NCBI GenBank assembly: GCA_028714255.1
Contig: JAQTMR010000007.1
Span: forward strand, 52,341-116,340
DNA from: Phycisphaerae bacterium
GTDB taxonomy: Bacteria > Planctomycetota > Phycisphaerae > Sedimentisphaerales > Anaerobacaceae
DNA length: 64,000 bases
Direction: 5' to 3'
This document shows, piece by piece, positions 17,886 to 26,842 of this stretch. The notes below the pieces were generated by a model. That model saw nothing but the letters and a program-made list of their open reading frames with translations. It was not told where the DNA came from and searched no databases. Made by a program: the position numbers and the translations under genes. The stretch's first letter is position 1, and the number at the start of each line of letters is the position of its first letter.

Positions 17886-18349
17886 TTTTTAACCAGAAAA
17901 AAGAAAATGTATACGCCGTTCCAGATGCATCGTTTATCGGCTATAGGCTGTTACTGCACTTGTTTATCTTAAAAGGCGTGTCCTTTCCCTTGTTTATTAT
18001 AGTAAGAACCGCGTTGAACCCCTCTATTCTCTAATATGCGATAATGTTATAGGGCGTTAATAGCCGCCGCCATAGCCCGTTATTGTGCCGGGTACTACCT
18101 TCGGCTTTGCGGGCTAAATCTTAAGAGCGGTTGTTGGCAAAAGCCGTTCCGAAGAGTCAGACTGTCCATTATTGTCCCGTATCAGTGTATATGTCTGGCG
18201 TTTTTTTAGAAAGATATTGCTACGCTTAAGAGGCAGTTCAATTATCAGGGTTGGGTATATCGTTTTTCCCTTCTCCCAACACTTTTTTTATGAACAAAAA
18301 GCATTCTGCTTGAAATGAATGAATGTTTTTGGTAATAAATCATCGCATT

Positions 18350-19750
18350 ATGCAAATTCGAATTAGAAGTTTGTTAGTTTCAGCGTTACTCGGCATTAGC
18401 CTTGTCAGAATTGCTTCTGCCGGGCTGGCCGAGCGAGTTGACGGTATTGTCAATCAAGCTGACCAAAAAAAGGTCCAATACTCTGTTATCATCGTAAAAG
18501 CAGACTCGGCAGAGGTGGTCTATAGCCATAATGCTAACGAAGCAATAATACCGGCCTCAAACATGAAGGTAATTACCGGCGCCGCTGCGATGAAATACTT
18601 AGGGGCTGATTATGTATTCAAAACGGAAATCGGTCTTTGCGGCGATACGCTGGTAATAAAAGGCGGTGGTGACCCGCTGTTAGGTGACGCGGTTACGGAT
18701 GCCAAACACCAAAGAGAACCGGGCTGGATATTCGAGGATATAGCAGCGGTACTAAAGCAAAATAATATAACGGCTATCGGAGACATTATCGTCGATGGTG
18801 GTATGTTCGACGGCGAACGGGTGCACCCGAACTGGCCGAGGGAACAATTGAATCAATGGTATGCCTGCGAGGTGAGCGGGCTGAATTATAATGACAATTG
18901 TATTGCGATGACCGTTAAAAATATAAACGGCGGGATAGAAGTTGGTATCGAGCCGGAAACCGGCTTTGTGAAAATAACCAATGAGGTTAAACCAATTCAG
19001 CAAGGTAAAAGCGCGGTAGGGGCGTATCGCAATTTGACGCCGAACAGTCTTACCTTAAAGGGCAAGTGTCAAAAGCAGGAAGGGCCTTTCGACGTCGCGA
19101 TTGAAAAACCTGCTGAGTTTTTTGGTTTTTTGCTGAAGGAGAAGTTGGCAGGGGCGGGAATTGTGGTGAACGGGCAAGTAATCGAAAAGCCGGCAGATTG
19201 CGATTACAGGAAAATTGCTGAATACGGCACGCCGATGACCGATTGCCTGGCCCGTTGCAACAAGAACAGTCTCGGTCTGGTGGCCGAGGCGTTTGTTAAG
19301 ACCATCGCGGCCAAAGCTGCGCCGAACGGCAGAAACGGCAGTTGGGCGGCTGGGCGGGAATTGATTCACAGTTACCTGATGGGGCTTGGGATTGAAAAAG
19401 GAGAATTTTATGTCGATGACGGCAGCGGCCTGAGCAGGGAAGACAAACTCAGCGCAAATGCCATCGCGAAAGTTCTGTTAGATGTCTATAAAAGCAGGGA
19501 TTGGGATGTTTATAAAAATTCGCTCGCGGCCGGCGGGATAGACGGGACAATAGGCAGATATTTCAAGGAAGAAAAATACAAGGGCAAAATCATCGGCAAG
19601 ACCGGATATATCAGCGGCGTAAAAACATTTTCGGGGATATGCAGCGGCAGTAAAGGGGACTATATATTTTCCATACTGACCAACAAAAGCAACGGCAAGA
19701 CACGGGGGGCAATCAACGATATAGCCAAGGCGATTATCGACGATAATTAG
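18350..19750 (+). CDS. dacB: D-alanyl-D-alanine carboxypeptidase/endopeptidase (PBP4, peptidase S13)
   Basis: SxxK motif in PASNMKVITGAAA and KTG motif in IGKTGYISG. The signal peptide starts at the ATG at 18350 (MQIRIRSLLVSALLGISLVRIASA); the ORF is open from 18323. Confidence 0.85.
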   Translation: MQIRIRSLLVSALLGISLVRIASAGLAERVDGIVNQADQKKVQYSVIIVKADSAEVVYSHNANEAIIPASNMKVITGAAAMKYLGADYVFKTEIGLCGDTLVIKGGGDPLLGDAVTDAKHQREPGWIFEDIAAVLKQNNITAIGDIIVDGGMFDGERVHPNWPREQLNQWYACEVSGLNYNDNCIAMTVKNINGGIEVGIEPETGFVKITNEVKPIQQGKSAVGAYRNLTPNSLTLKGKCQKQEGPFDVAIEKPAEFFGFLLKEKLAGAGIVVNGQVIEKPADCDYRKIAEYGTPMTDCLARCNKNSLGLVAEAFVKTIAAKAAPNGRNGSWAAGRELIHSYLMGLGIEKGEFYVDDGSGLSREDKLSANAIAKVLLDVYKSRDWDVYKNSLAAGGIDGTIGRYFKEEKYKGKIIGKTGYISGVKTFSGICSGSKGDYIFSILTNKSNGKTRGAINDIAKAIIDDN

Positions 19751-20526
19751 TGTGGTTTGGGCAGCGTTATTTTGAATGTCGTTCCGTTGGCGGGTTTGGA
19801 TTCGACTGAAACACAGCCTCCGTGCTCATCTATTATCCTTTTGACGAAGAGAAGGCCGAGTCCTGAACCTGAATGTTGTGACGGTGATTTCCCTTTTGCC
19901 TTTGTAGTAAAAAACGGCTGAAAGATATCTTTCAAGTTCTCTGGTTCAATTCCGCAGCCGGTGTCGGTTATTTCTATTTGAACAACGTCGATGGTGTCTC
20001 CTGCCTTGATGGTCAGGACTCCGCCGCGGGGCAGCATCGCGTCGCGGGCATTGAGAATTAAATTCATTAAGACCTGCTGAATCTGGACGGAAACCGCCCA
20101 AATTGTCAAATCATCCGGGATTTGTATGTTCACAGTTATGCTGTCTTTTGCAAAATCCCGGCACAGACAGTTAAAAACATTTTCAACAAGAGTAATCAGA
20201 GATGAGTTTTGCTTTTCCTGCGTTTGGTCGTTTGCCACGGCGAGCATACTTTCCATAATTTTGGATGCGTGCTTGCAATTGCGGACGACTTTTTGAAGTG
20301 CCTTTTCCGATAGGGGTTTGTCATCAGGATTATTAAGGGCCAGAGCCGCGAAATTGGTCAAAGGGGTAAGCAAGTTATTGATTTCATGTGCGACCATACA
20401 GGTAGTGGTGCCGATGTTGGCAAGGGCCTGGAGGTGGGTGAACTGGGACTTCAAGGCGTTGTTCTGCTGTTGCTGATTCGCGAGGTCCTTATGCAGAGAA
20501 AGGCGTTTTTCGACAATCCTTGTCAA
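19747..20526 (-). CDS. Small cytoplasmic histidine kinase (HisKA + HATPase_c only)
   Basis: 259 aa. H-box MVAHEINNLLTPL, N-box LILNARDAM, G-boxes DTGCGI and GSGLGL. No TM or sensor domain. Its stop overlaps the dacB stop (19747-19750). Confidence 0.85.
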   Translation of the reverse strand: MTRIVEKRLSLHKDLANQQQQNNALKSQFTHLQALANIGTTTCMVAHEINNLLTPLTNFAALALNNPDDKPLSEKALQKVVRNCKHASKIMESMLAVANDQTQEKQNSSLITLVENVFNCLCRDFAKDSITVNIQIPDDLTIWAVSVQIQQVLMNLILNARDAMLPRGGVLTIKAGDTIDVVQIEITDTGCGIEPENLKDIFQPFFTTKAKGKSPSQHSGSGLGLLFVKRIIDEHGGCVSVESKPANGTTFKITLPKPH

Positions 20527-20650
20527 CGTTTGCTCCGGCTAATAATGTTCACACAGTTTTATCCATAGACACAACTACTTATATCGACTTTCAAAGCCGG
20601 TTTTCTTGAGTTATGGTACCCTGTGAGGGCCTGTAGGCTTGCGATTTTCC

Positions 20651-21079
20651 TTATTTTTTGTAGGTTTCTTTGGGGTTGTAGGTTTTCTCTGCGATAAATT
20701 CGAGCTTATTGCTGCCGCCCTTTTCCAATGCACGGTAGAAACAGGACTGATAGCCGACATGACACTGGCCTGCGTCAACGGTCACTTTCAGCAGCAGGCA
20801 GTCCTGGTCGCAATCGACGAGTATCTGCTCTACTTTTTGAAAATGGCCGCTTTCTTCCCCTTTTTTCCACAATTTTTGACGTGACCTGCTGAAGTACGTT
20901 GCCAAACCTGTTTGAATCGTTAAATCGAGCGATTGTTGGTTCATAGAAGCAGCCATCAGTACCTGGCCGGTCTTTGCATCCTGTGCGATTGCCTTGATTA
21001 AGCCATTGCTGTCGAATTTTGGTAAGAAGTCAGTGCCTTCTTCTATGTTTTGTTTTGTGGTCATTTCTCGGGTCCTCAA
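20651..21079 (-). CDS. hisI: Phosphoribosyl-AMP cyclohydrolase
   Basis: 142 aa with YFSRSRQKLWKKGEESGHFQKV...DCDQDCLLLKV...GQCHVGYQSCFYR, the HisI signature. The start could instead be the ATG at 21064. No other his genes nearby. Confidence 0.85.
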   Translation of the reverse strand: MRTREMTTKQNIEEGTDFLPKFDSNGLIKAIAQDAKTGQVLMAASMNQQSLDLTIQTGLATYFSRSRQKLWKKGEESGHFQKVEQILVDCDQDCLLLKVTVDAGQCHVGYQSCFYRALEKGGSNKLEFIAEKTYNPKETYKK

Positions 21080-21159
21080 ATAGTCAATTTTCGATTGTTA
21101 ATTATCAATTTACAGGTTATTATTTGCGAAAACAAGTTTTTTTAAGGCGAGTTGTTTTA

Positions 21160-22200
21160 ATGCCAAGGGCCAAAATCAAGAAAAGTATTTCACATATCCT
21201 GCGTTTTGCCATCGCTGCCGCGGCTCTGTATATGGCATTTAGGAAAGAAGACCTAAGACAAGTTGGCCACGACCTCATGGTGCCCAGTTTCTGGGCTATT
21301 GCCGGCGCTATGGGCCTGTATATTGTTAGTCAGCTTATCTTCGTCTCGCGGTGGTATTTGCTGTTGCGGGTCCAGTCTATCAAAATAGGTTATTGGCCTG
21401 CGGTCAGACTCCATTTCCTGGGTTTGTTCTATAACAATTGTCTGCCTGGTTCGGTCGGGGGCGATTTTCTCCGTGCCTGGTATGTTACTAAACACACTGA
21501 AAAAAAACTGGAAGCTGCTTTGAGCGTTTTTGTGGATAGAGCCGTAGGGTTATTTGGAATTTTTGTTATGGCCTTCGTCGGCTATTGGTTTATACCCGCA
21601 GAAGCGAAGAAAGAACTATTCTCGCTTTCTTTCAGTCTTAATCCTTTGCCCTGGCTTATTGAGTATAAATGGATATTTGCTGTTGTTGCCGGTGTGTTTG
21701 TTGTGTGTATTGCCGCCTTTATTTCGAATCAGAAAGGCCGTTCCCTGTTTTTCAGGGCCTGTGCAATTGTCCGTGAACACGGCGTTGCTCTGTTATTCAA
21801 AACCTATATGGCCATCCGTATTTACCTCCACAAGGTTCCAGCCTTGTTCGCGGCATTATTGCTTACGTTTTTATGTCAGGGGGTGGCTATTGTAGGTATG
21901 TGGCTGATTGGCAGAGAAATCAACAGCAGCATACAATTTAAATATTATTTAATTTTCTTCCCGGGTTCCTGGCTGTTGGGCGCTCTGCCGATAAGTGTGG
22001 GGGGCACCGGCGTTATGGAGTGGTGGTTAAAAGTAATGTTTGTCAAAGTATGCATGGTTTCGGGTGAACAGGCTGGAGCCCTGGCGCTGTGGCAGCGTAT
22101 AATCTGGCTGATTTGGTCTTTGCCGGGAGCTGTCGTGCATCTGACCGGCTTTCATTTGCCAAAGGACTTTTTTGTTGACCGTAACAGGTCTATACATTAG
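21160..22200 (+). CDS. Flippase-like / lysylphosphatidylglycerol-synthase TM-region family membrane protein
   Basis: Polytopic membrane protein starting MPRAKIKKSISHILRFAIAAAALYMAF. The segment GLFYNNCLPGSVGGDFLRAWY is typical of the UPF0104 family. I reject the ORF-track start at 21019 because it overlaps hisI on the opposite strand. Confidence 0.6.
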   Translation: MPRAKIKKSISHILRFAIAAAALYMAFRKEDLRQVGHDLMVPSFWAIAGAMGLYIVSQLIFVSRWYLLLRVQSIKIGYWPAVRLHFLGLFYNNCLPGSVGGDFLRAWYVTKHTEKKLEAALSVFVDRAVGLFGIFVMAFVGYWFIPAEAKKELFSLSFSLNPLPWLIEYKWIFAVVAGVFVVCIAAFISNQKGRSLFFRACAIVREHGVALLFKTYMAIRIYLHKVPALFAALLLTFLCQGVAIVGMWLIGREINSSIQFKYYLIFFPGSWLLGALPISVGGTGVMEWWLKVMFVKVCMVSGEQAGALALWQRIIWLIWSLPGAVVHLTGFHLPKDFFVDRNRSIH

Positions 22201-22297
22201 ACTACGGCGTCCTGACCAGGATGCGGTTTATTCACTGTGCAGGGGTTAGCTGAAAATTCGATAACTTGATAACAGCAAAGGATTTGTTGTTAAAAAT

Positions 22298-23020
22298 ATG
22301 CATACTACCGGGCGTTTTAGAATCTACTTTTTACGCGGGCTGGCGGTGCTTTTGCCGACCATTCTGACAATCTGGATATTCTTCTGGGGCTATAAGTTCA
22401 TCCAGGAAAACATCAGCGTCTATATAAACCGTGGAATAGTTAAACTGGTAATGTTTTTGCAGGGGCAGCAGCAATACCTTACCGAAGACGCTATGGTTAA
22501 ATTTTGGGTCTATGGCTGGGGGTCTATAGCCGGGTTTCTTATCGCCTTGGTTGTAGTCTGCGTAGTGGGCGCAATACTGGCCAGCGTTGTGGGTAAAACC
22601 CTTTGGCGAATGATTGAAAAGTTCATAATGAGAACGCCGCTTCTGAAAGAGGTTTATCCCTACATAAAACAAATTACCGACTTTTTACTTACGCAGGAAG
22701 AGCAGAAAAAACTGTTCTCAAGGGTTGTTGCCGTTGAGTGTTTTCAGAAAGATGTGTGGTCGATGGGGTTTGTTACGGCGACAGGTTTTAAGGGTATAGC
22801 GGACGACGTTAAAAAAGAATTTCTTACTGTTGTTGTACCCACCTCGCCGACACCGTTCACGGGCTTCGTGGTAATGGTTCCGAAAGAACAGGTCATAGAG
22901 CTGGATATGACAGTGGAAGAGGCAGTGAGATTTATAATCAGTGCGGGAGTAATAGCTCCGCAGGATAACAACATCGGCGGGTTCCTGCAACCGCCTGGCT
23001 TGAAAAGTAAAAAAGAATAA
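22298..23020 (+). CDS. DUF502 family membrane protein
   Basis: 240 aa. N-terminal segment FLRGLAVLLPTILTIWIFFW and the conserved segment VVPTSPTPFTGFVVMVPKEQVIELDMTVEEAVRFIISAGV. Confidence 0.7.
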   Translation: MHTTGRFRIYFLRGLAVLLPTILTIWIFFWGYKFIQENISVYINRGIVKLVMFLQGQQQYLTEDAMVKFWVYGWGSIAGFLIALVVVCVVGAILASVVGKTLWRMIEKFIMRTPLLKEVYPYIKQITDFLLTQEEQKKLFSRVVAVECFQKDVWSMGFVTATGFKGIADDVKKEFLTVVVPTSPTPFTGFVVMVPKEQVIELDMTVEEAVRFIISAGVIAPQDNNIGGFLQPPGLKSKKE

Positions 23021-23059
23021 GAACGAATTTTGTGCTAAGAAAGTTTAAGGAGATTTATT

Positions 23060-23386
23060 TTGCTTTTTACTATAACGGGAAAACATGTCGAGATAACTGA
23101 AGATATTAAAAGTTATGCGGAAGAAAAAACGGCTAAGCTTCCCAAGTATTATAATAGTATAAACCGGGTTGAGGTGGTTATTGATGGAGAGCCGGGCGGC
23201 AAAACGAGCGTAGAAATAATCGCAAGAGGGGAGCATAGTAAGGTTTTCGTTGTTACCGAAACCGGCGATGATGTTTTCCGTTGTATTGATGCAGCCGTTC
23301 ACAAACTTGAAGAACAGCTTAGAAGGAAAAAGGGCAGGGAACGCGACAATAAACATGCAAGGGAGACGGAGACGGAGTCTGAGTAA
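23060..23386 (+). CDS. hpf: Ribosome hibernation-promoting factor (HPF/RaiA, short form)
   Basis: TTG start 7 nt after AAGGAG. Sequence LFTITGKHVEITEDIKSYAEEKTAKLPKYYNSINRVEVVI...AVHKLEEQLRRKK. Confidence 0.85.
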   Translation: MLFTITGKHVEITEDIKSYAEEKTAKLPKYYNSINRVEVVIDGEPGGKTSVEIIARGEHSKVFVVTETGDDVFRCIDAAVHKLEEQLRRKKGRERDNKHARETETESE

Positions 23387-23462
23387 CTTGAATTTTTGCG
23401 ATAATATGTTTTGTGATTGTGATTTAGTCAGGCAGAGTTGATAAGAGTTCTGAGGAGATAAA

Positions 23463-23936
23463 ATGAAATTTGAAGATTTTATCTGTTTTGAGGCAATAAT
23501 TCCGGAGATGAAAGCCAGGGACCGCAACGAAGCGATAGGGGAGCTTGTTTCGTCGCTTTATAAAGCCGGCCGGCTTGGCAAAGGAAGCTGTGAAGAGATT
23601 ATCAAGGCAGTTGTAAAAAGAGAAAATGAAGCAAGCACAGGAATGGGCAAGGGCGTTGCTGTGCCGCACGTTAAAAGTAAGGCTGTTAAAAATGTAGTTG
23701 CTACGATTGGTCAAAGCGGGATTGGCATTGATTTTGCTTCGCTGGACAAACAGCCGGTTTATTCGGTGATTCTGATAATTAGCCCTGTTGACAATCCGGA
23801 CAAACATTTGCAGGTAATGGAGAGCGTTTTCAAACATTTGCAGGTGGAGAAATTCCGAAAGTTCCTCAGGCAATCAAAAGCGACCGAAGAGATCGAAGAT
23901 CTTCTCAAGGAAGCTGATGAAAATCCGTCATTATAA
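23463..23936 (+). CDS. ptsN: PTS EIIA-Ntr type protein
   Basis: 157 aa. Active-site region STGMGKGVAVPHVK and N-terminal segment FEAIIPEMKARDRNEAIGELV. Confidence 0.85.
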   Translation: MKFEDFICFEAIIPEMKARDRNEAIGELVSSLYKAGRLGKGSCEEIIKAVVKRENEASTGMGKGVAVPHVKSKAVKNVVATIGQSGIGIDFASLDKQPVYSVILIISPVDNPDKHLQVMESVFKHLQVEKFRKFLRQSKATEEIEDLLKEADENPSL

Positions 23937-23957
23937 TAATGTGAATTTAAGGATGTA

Positions 23958-24308
23958 ATGTGGGGGACAAGAGGCCTGCAAACGCAGGCGGAAGAAAATA
24001 CATTGGGAAAAGTAGTTTGTGAAACTGAAGTTGAGATAAAAAATGCAGAAGGCCTTCATATGCGCCCTGCGATGAAATTTGTTGATGTTGCAAACCGCTT
24101 CGGGTGCGATGTTACGGTCAGTAATAATGAAAACAAAGTTGACGGCAAGAGTATTATGCAGATGAGTATGCTTGCCGCAACTTGCGGCACCAGACTGAAA
24201 ATCAGGACCGAAGGCGAAGATGCTCAACAAGCGATTGATGCTTTGCGGGAGCTTGTGGAAGTAAAGCATTTCGATGAGCCGGCACCGGACGAACCTGAGA
24301 AACATTAG
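23958..24308 (+). CDS. ptsH: HPr/NPr phosphocarrier protein
   Basis: Active-site His in NAEGLHMRPA and the regulatory Ser region GKSIMQM. The N-terminal boundary is uncertain: GTG at 23958 or an internal TTG at 24003. Confidence 0.8.
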   Translation: MWGTRGLQTQAEENTLGKVVCETEVEIKNAEGLHMRPAMKFVDVANRFGCDVTVSNNENKVDGKSIMQMSMLAATCGTRLKIRTEGEDAQQAIDALRELVEVKHFDEPAPDEPEKH

Positions 24309-24327
24309 ATTTTGGTAGAAGCCTACG

Positions 24328-26067
24328 ATGGAAATAAAAAAAGGAGTTGCTGTTTCACCGGGCATTGCTATTGCCAAATCACTTATTATCGATTCCGAAG
24401 ATTATCGAATCCCCCGACGCTCCGTAAAACCTCCGCAGCGAATGATAGAGGTTCAGCGGGCAAGAAACGCTTTTAAGGTGGCAGCCGATGAATTGGTTCG
24501 CCTGGAAGGGGGACAAAATGCGATAGAACAGCGTAAAATAAAGGATATCTTTGCTGTTCATTTGAGTTTTCTGAAGGACAGGAGTCTGCGGAAAAAAATA
24601 ACGGATTTGATTCATTCGGAATCGGTCACAGCCGAGTATGCCGTCTCTGCGACCCTTAGGGACATTGCATCGCATTATACCAAAATAAAAGACACTTACA
24701 TCAGTGAACGTGCAGCGGATATTTATGATATTGAAAGACGTTTGCTCAGACAACTTCTCGGCGGCAAGCGCGAGGATGTCGAGCATTTGACCGAAGAGGT
24801 CACCGTTGTCGCCAGAAACTTAAGTCCTACTCAAACCGCCAGCTTTAACAGAAAGTTTGTAAAAGGTATTGCTACCGATGCAGGCGGACGAACGAGCCAT
24901 ACGGCTATTGTCGCACGGTCGCTTGGCATCCCTGCGGTGGTCGCGCTGGAAGGCCTTACAGATACCATCAGCGGAGGGGACATTGTTATCATTGATGGAA
25001 ACCGGGGCATCGTCATAATAAATCCGGATGAAGGGACGTTACGGCAGTACGAAGAGTATTCGCGAGAATTTGCAGCTCTTGAACATAGACTTGATTCGAT
25101 AAGAGAAGAGCCGGCTGTAACGCGGGATGGTGTGGAAGTAACATTATTAGGCAATATTGAGTTTCCCGACGAGGCCGAAATAGTTTTGCAAAAGGGCGGG
25201 GCGGGCATAGGGTTATACCGGACGGAATTTTTATATCTTAACAGCCAGACCGAACCTACGGAAGAGGACCATTACCATGCTTATGCAAAAACTGTCCGGG
25301 TGTTCAAGCATCGCCCGGTGATAATAAGGACTATGGACCTCGGCGCCGATAAGTACACACAAAGCAAGCGTTTCGCACGCGAGCCGAATCCCTTTTTGGG
25401 GCTTAGGTCAATTAGATTTTGCCTGCAGAACCTTACAATGTTCAAAACCCAATTGCATGCGATTTTGCGGGCTTCGGTTCTCGGCGAGGTCAAGATAATG
25501 TTTCCCTTGATTACGAACCTTCAGGAATTGATGCAGACAAAGATGATTTTGCGAGATGTTATGGAAGACCTTGACGAGGAATCCATAGCTTACAACAGGG
25601 ACATTAAGATAGGCGTGATGATTGAAACGCCGTCTGCGGCTTTAACTGCCTCTTCACTTGCAAGAGACGTCGATTTTTTCAGCATAGGAACGAATGACCT
25701 TGTTCAATATACTCTGGCGGTTGACAGGGGTAATGAGCTGGTTTCCATGCTGTATTCATCAGTGGACCCCGCTGTGCTGAGGCTTATCAGGATGATAGTT
25801 CAGGATGCGCACAAAGCGCAAATATCGCTTAGCCTGTGTGGAGAAATGGCCTCTGAGCCGGAGTATATTATGCTCCTGCTGGGTATGGGAGTGCGGATGA
25901 TTTCGCTTACTCCGCCGATGATACCGGAAATAAAACAAATTATTCGTTCGGTTACGGTAGAGGACTGCAACGATGTGGCCAGAACGGTGCTTGGGATGAA
26001 TTCCGAAAGGCAGATTTCAAGTTATCTTCGCGATGCCGCGAGAAAAATTTTGCCTGAAGCTTTCTGA
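24328..26067 (+). CDS. ptsI: Phosphoenolpyruvate-protein phosphotransferase (PTS enzyme I, no GAF domain)
   Basis: 579 aa. Phospho-His region GGRTSHTAIVARSLGIPAVV and PEP-binding part IGLYRTEFLY...FSIGTNDLVQYTLAVDR...CGEMA. Confidence 0.9.
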   Translation: MEIKKGVAVSPGIAIAKSLIIDSEDYRIPRRSVKPPQRMIEVQRARNAFKVAADELVRLEGGQNAIEQRKIKDIFAVHLSFLKDRSLRKKITDLIHSESVTAEYAVSATLRDIASHYTKIKDTYISERAADIYDIERRLLRQLLGGKREDVEHLTEEVTVVARNLSPTQTASFNRKFVKGIATDAGGRTSHTAIVARSLGIPAVVALEGLTDTISGGDIVIIDGNRGIVIINPDEGTLRQYEEYSREFAALEHRLDSIREEPAVTRDGVEVTLLGNIEFPDEAEIVLQKGGAGIGLYRTEFLYLNSQTEPTEEDHYHAYAKTVRVFKHRPVIIRTMDLGADKYTQSKRFAREPNPFLGLRSIRFCLQNLTMFKTQLHAILRASVLGEVKIMFPLITNLQELMQTKMILRDVMEDLDEESIAYNRDIKIGVMIETPSAALTASSLARDVDFFSIGTNDLVQYTLAVDRGNELVSMLYSSVDPAVLRLIRMIVQDAHKAQISLSLCGEMASEPEYIMLLLGMGVRMISLTPPMIPEIKQIIRSVTVEDCNDVARTVLGMNSERQISSYLRDAARKILPEAF

Positions 26068-26128
26068 CGAAAAGCAAATTAGAAATTAGGGAGATAGACA
26101 TATAACCGTTTCAAACGAAACTATCCTG

Positions 26129-26785
26129 GTGTTAATCAAGTTCAAGGTCCGGGGGAATCTGAGATTCTTGTCACACGCTGAAACGCTCAGAGTTTTTCAG
26201 CGTGCGTGTGTCCGGGCGGGTATAAACGTGCTGTATAGTGAAGGATTCAATCCTCATATGAAGCTGTCGCTGCCTTTGCCGAGAAGCGTAGGAATTGAGG
26301 TTGATGACGATTTGCTGTGCCTTCGAACACAGATAACCGCAGAATCGCAGGAAAGTGACTTATGCGCTTTGGTCAAAACCATGCTTTCAGAGCAGTTGCC
26401 TGATGGTTTTGAGCTGCTTACCGCCGACTCTGCAAAAGCAAAGGCTTCAATCCAGCCTTGTCGGGCAACATATTTGTTAGCGGTGCGCAAAGATGATTTA
26501 GGCCAGGAAAAATTAAAGAGCAGGATTAACTCTTTGATGACAAGTGAAAATCTTAATCTTCAGCGGCGAATGGGGTCTGAAAATTCGAGATTCAAAAACT
26601 TAGATGTCAGGTCCTTCCTGAAATCAATTGAATTAAACGATACAAATATAGCGGTCAAGTGCGAAATCAGCCCGGCTGGTTCGATACGTGTGGATGAGAT
26701 TCTCAACCTGCTGGAACTGGACTATGATATACTGTCGGCGCCGATTAGACGCACGGCAGTGCAATGGCAAATTAGTGAATCGTAA
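26129..26785 (+). CDS. DUF2344 (radical-SAM-associated, TIGR03936-like) protein
   Basis: 218 aa with a GTG start. The segment IKFKVRGNLRFLSHAETLRVFQRACVRAGINVLYSEGFNPHMKLSLPLPRSVGIE matches the family as I remember it. This family often sits next to rne/rng. Confidence 0.65.
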   Translation: MLIKFKVRGNLRFLSHAETLRVFQRACVRAGINVLYSEGFNPHMKLSLPLPRSVGIEVDDDLLCLRTQITAESQESDLCALVKTMLSEQLPDGFELLTADSAKAKASIQPCRATYLLAVRKDDLGQEKLKSRINSLMTSENLNLQRRMGSENSRFKNLDVRSFLKSIELNDTNIAVKCEISPAGSIRVDEILNLLELDYDILSAPIRRTAVQWQISES

Positions 26786-26842
26786 AAAATTAATGGTGGT
26801 TCGCTATTGGCAAATGAATGCCGATAGGTGAGGGCAAAAAAA

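Noticed and set aside
17886-18322. RNase P RNA, tmRNA, SRP RNA, 6S RNA or a tRNA in this and other long spacers
   Set aside because: I found none of the conserved cores, such as GAGGAAAGUCC for RNase P, the tRNA-like 3' end with GGUUCGAnUCC, or the SRP GGAA tetraloop motif context, on either strand. I therefore call no RNA gene.
19747-19750. The overlap of the convergent dacB and histidine-kinase stop codons (TTAG) as a regulatory feature
   Set aside because: A 4-nt tail-to-tail overlap is common in compact genomes. There is no hairpin or other signal at the junction.
21019-21159. N-terminal extensions proposed by the ORF track: 21019 for the flippase-like gene, 40726 for the radical SAM gene, 57153 for EF-G, 5525 for the GH, 16527 for the PBP, 60819 for GLUG, 9428 for larC
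   Set aside because: The internal starts have better RBSs and give canonical N-termini or signal peptides. The extensions overlap neighbouring genes or add non-conserved residues.
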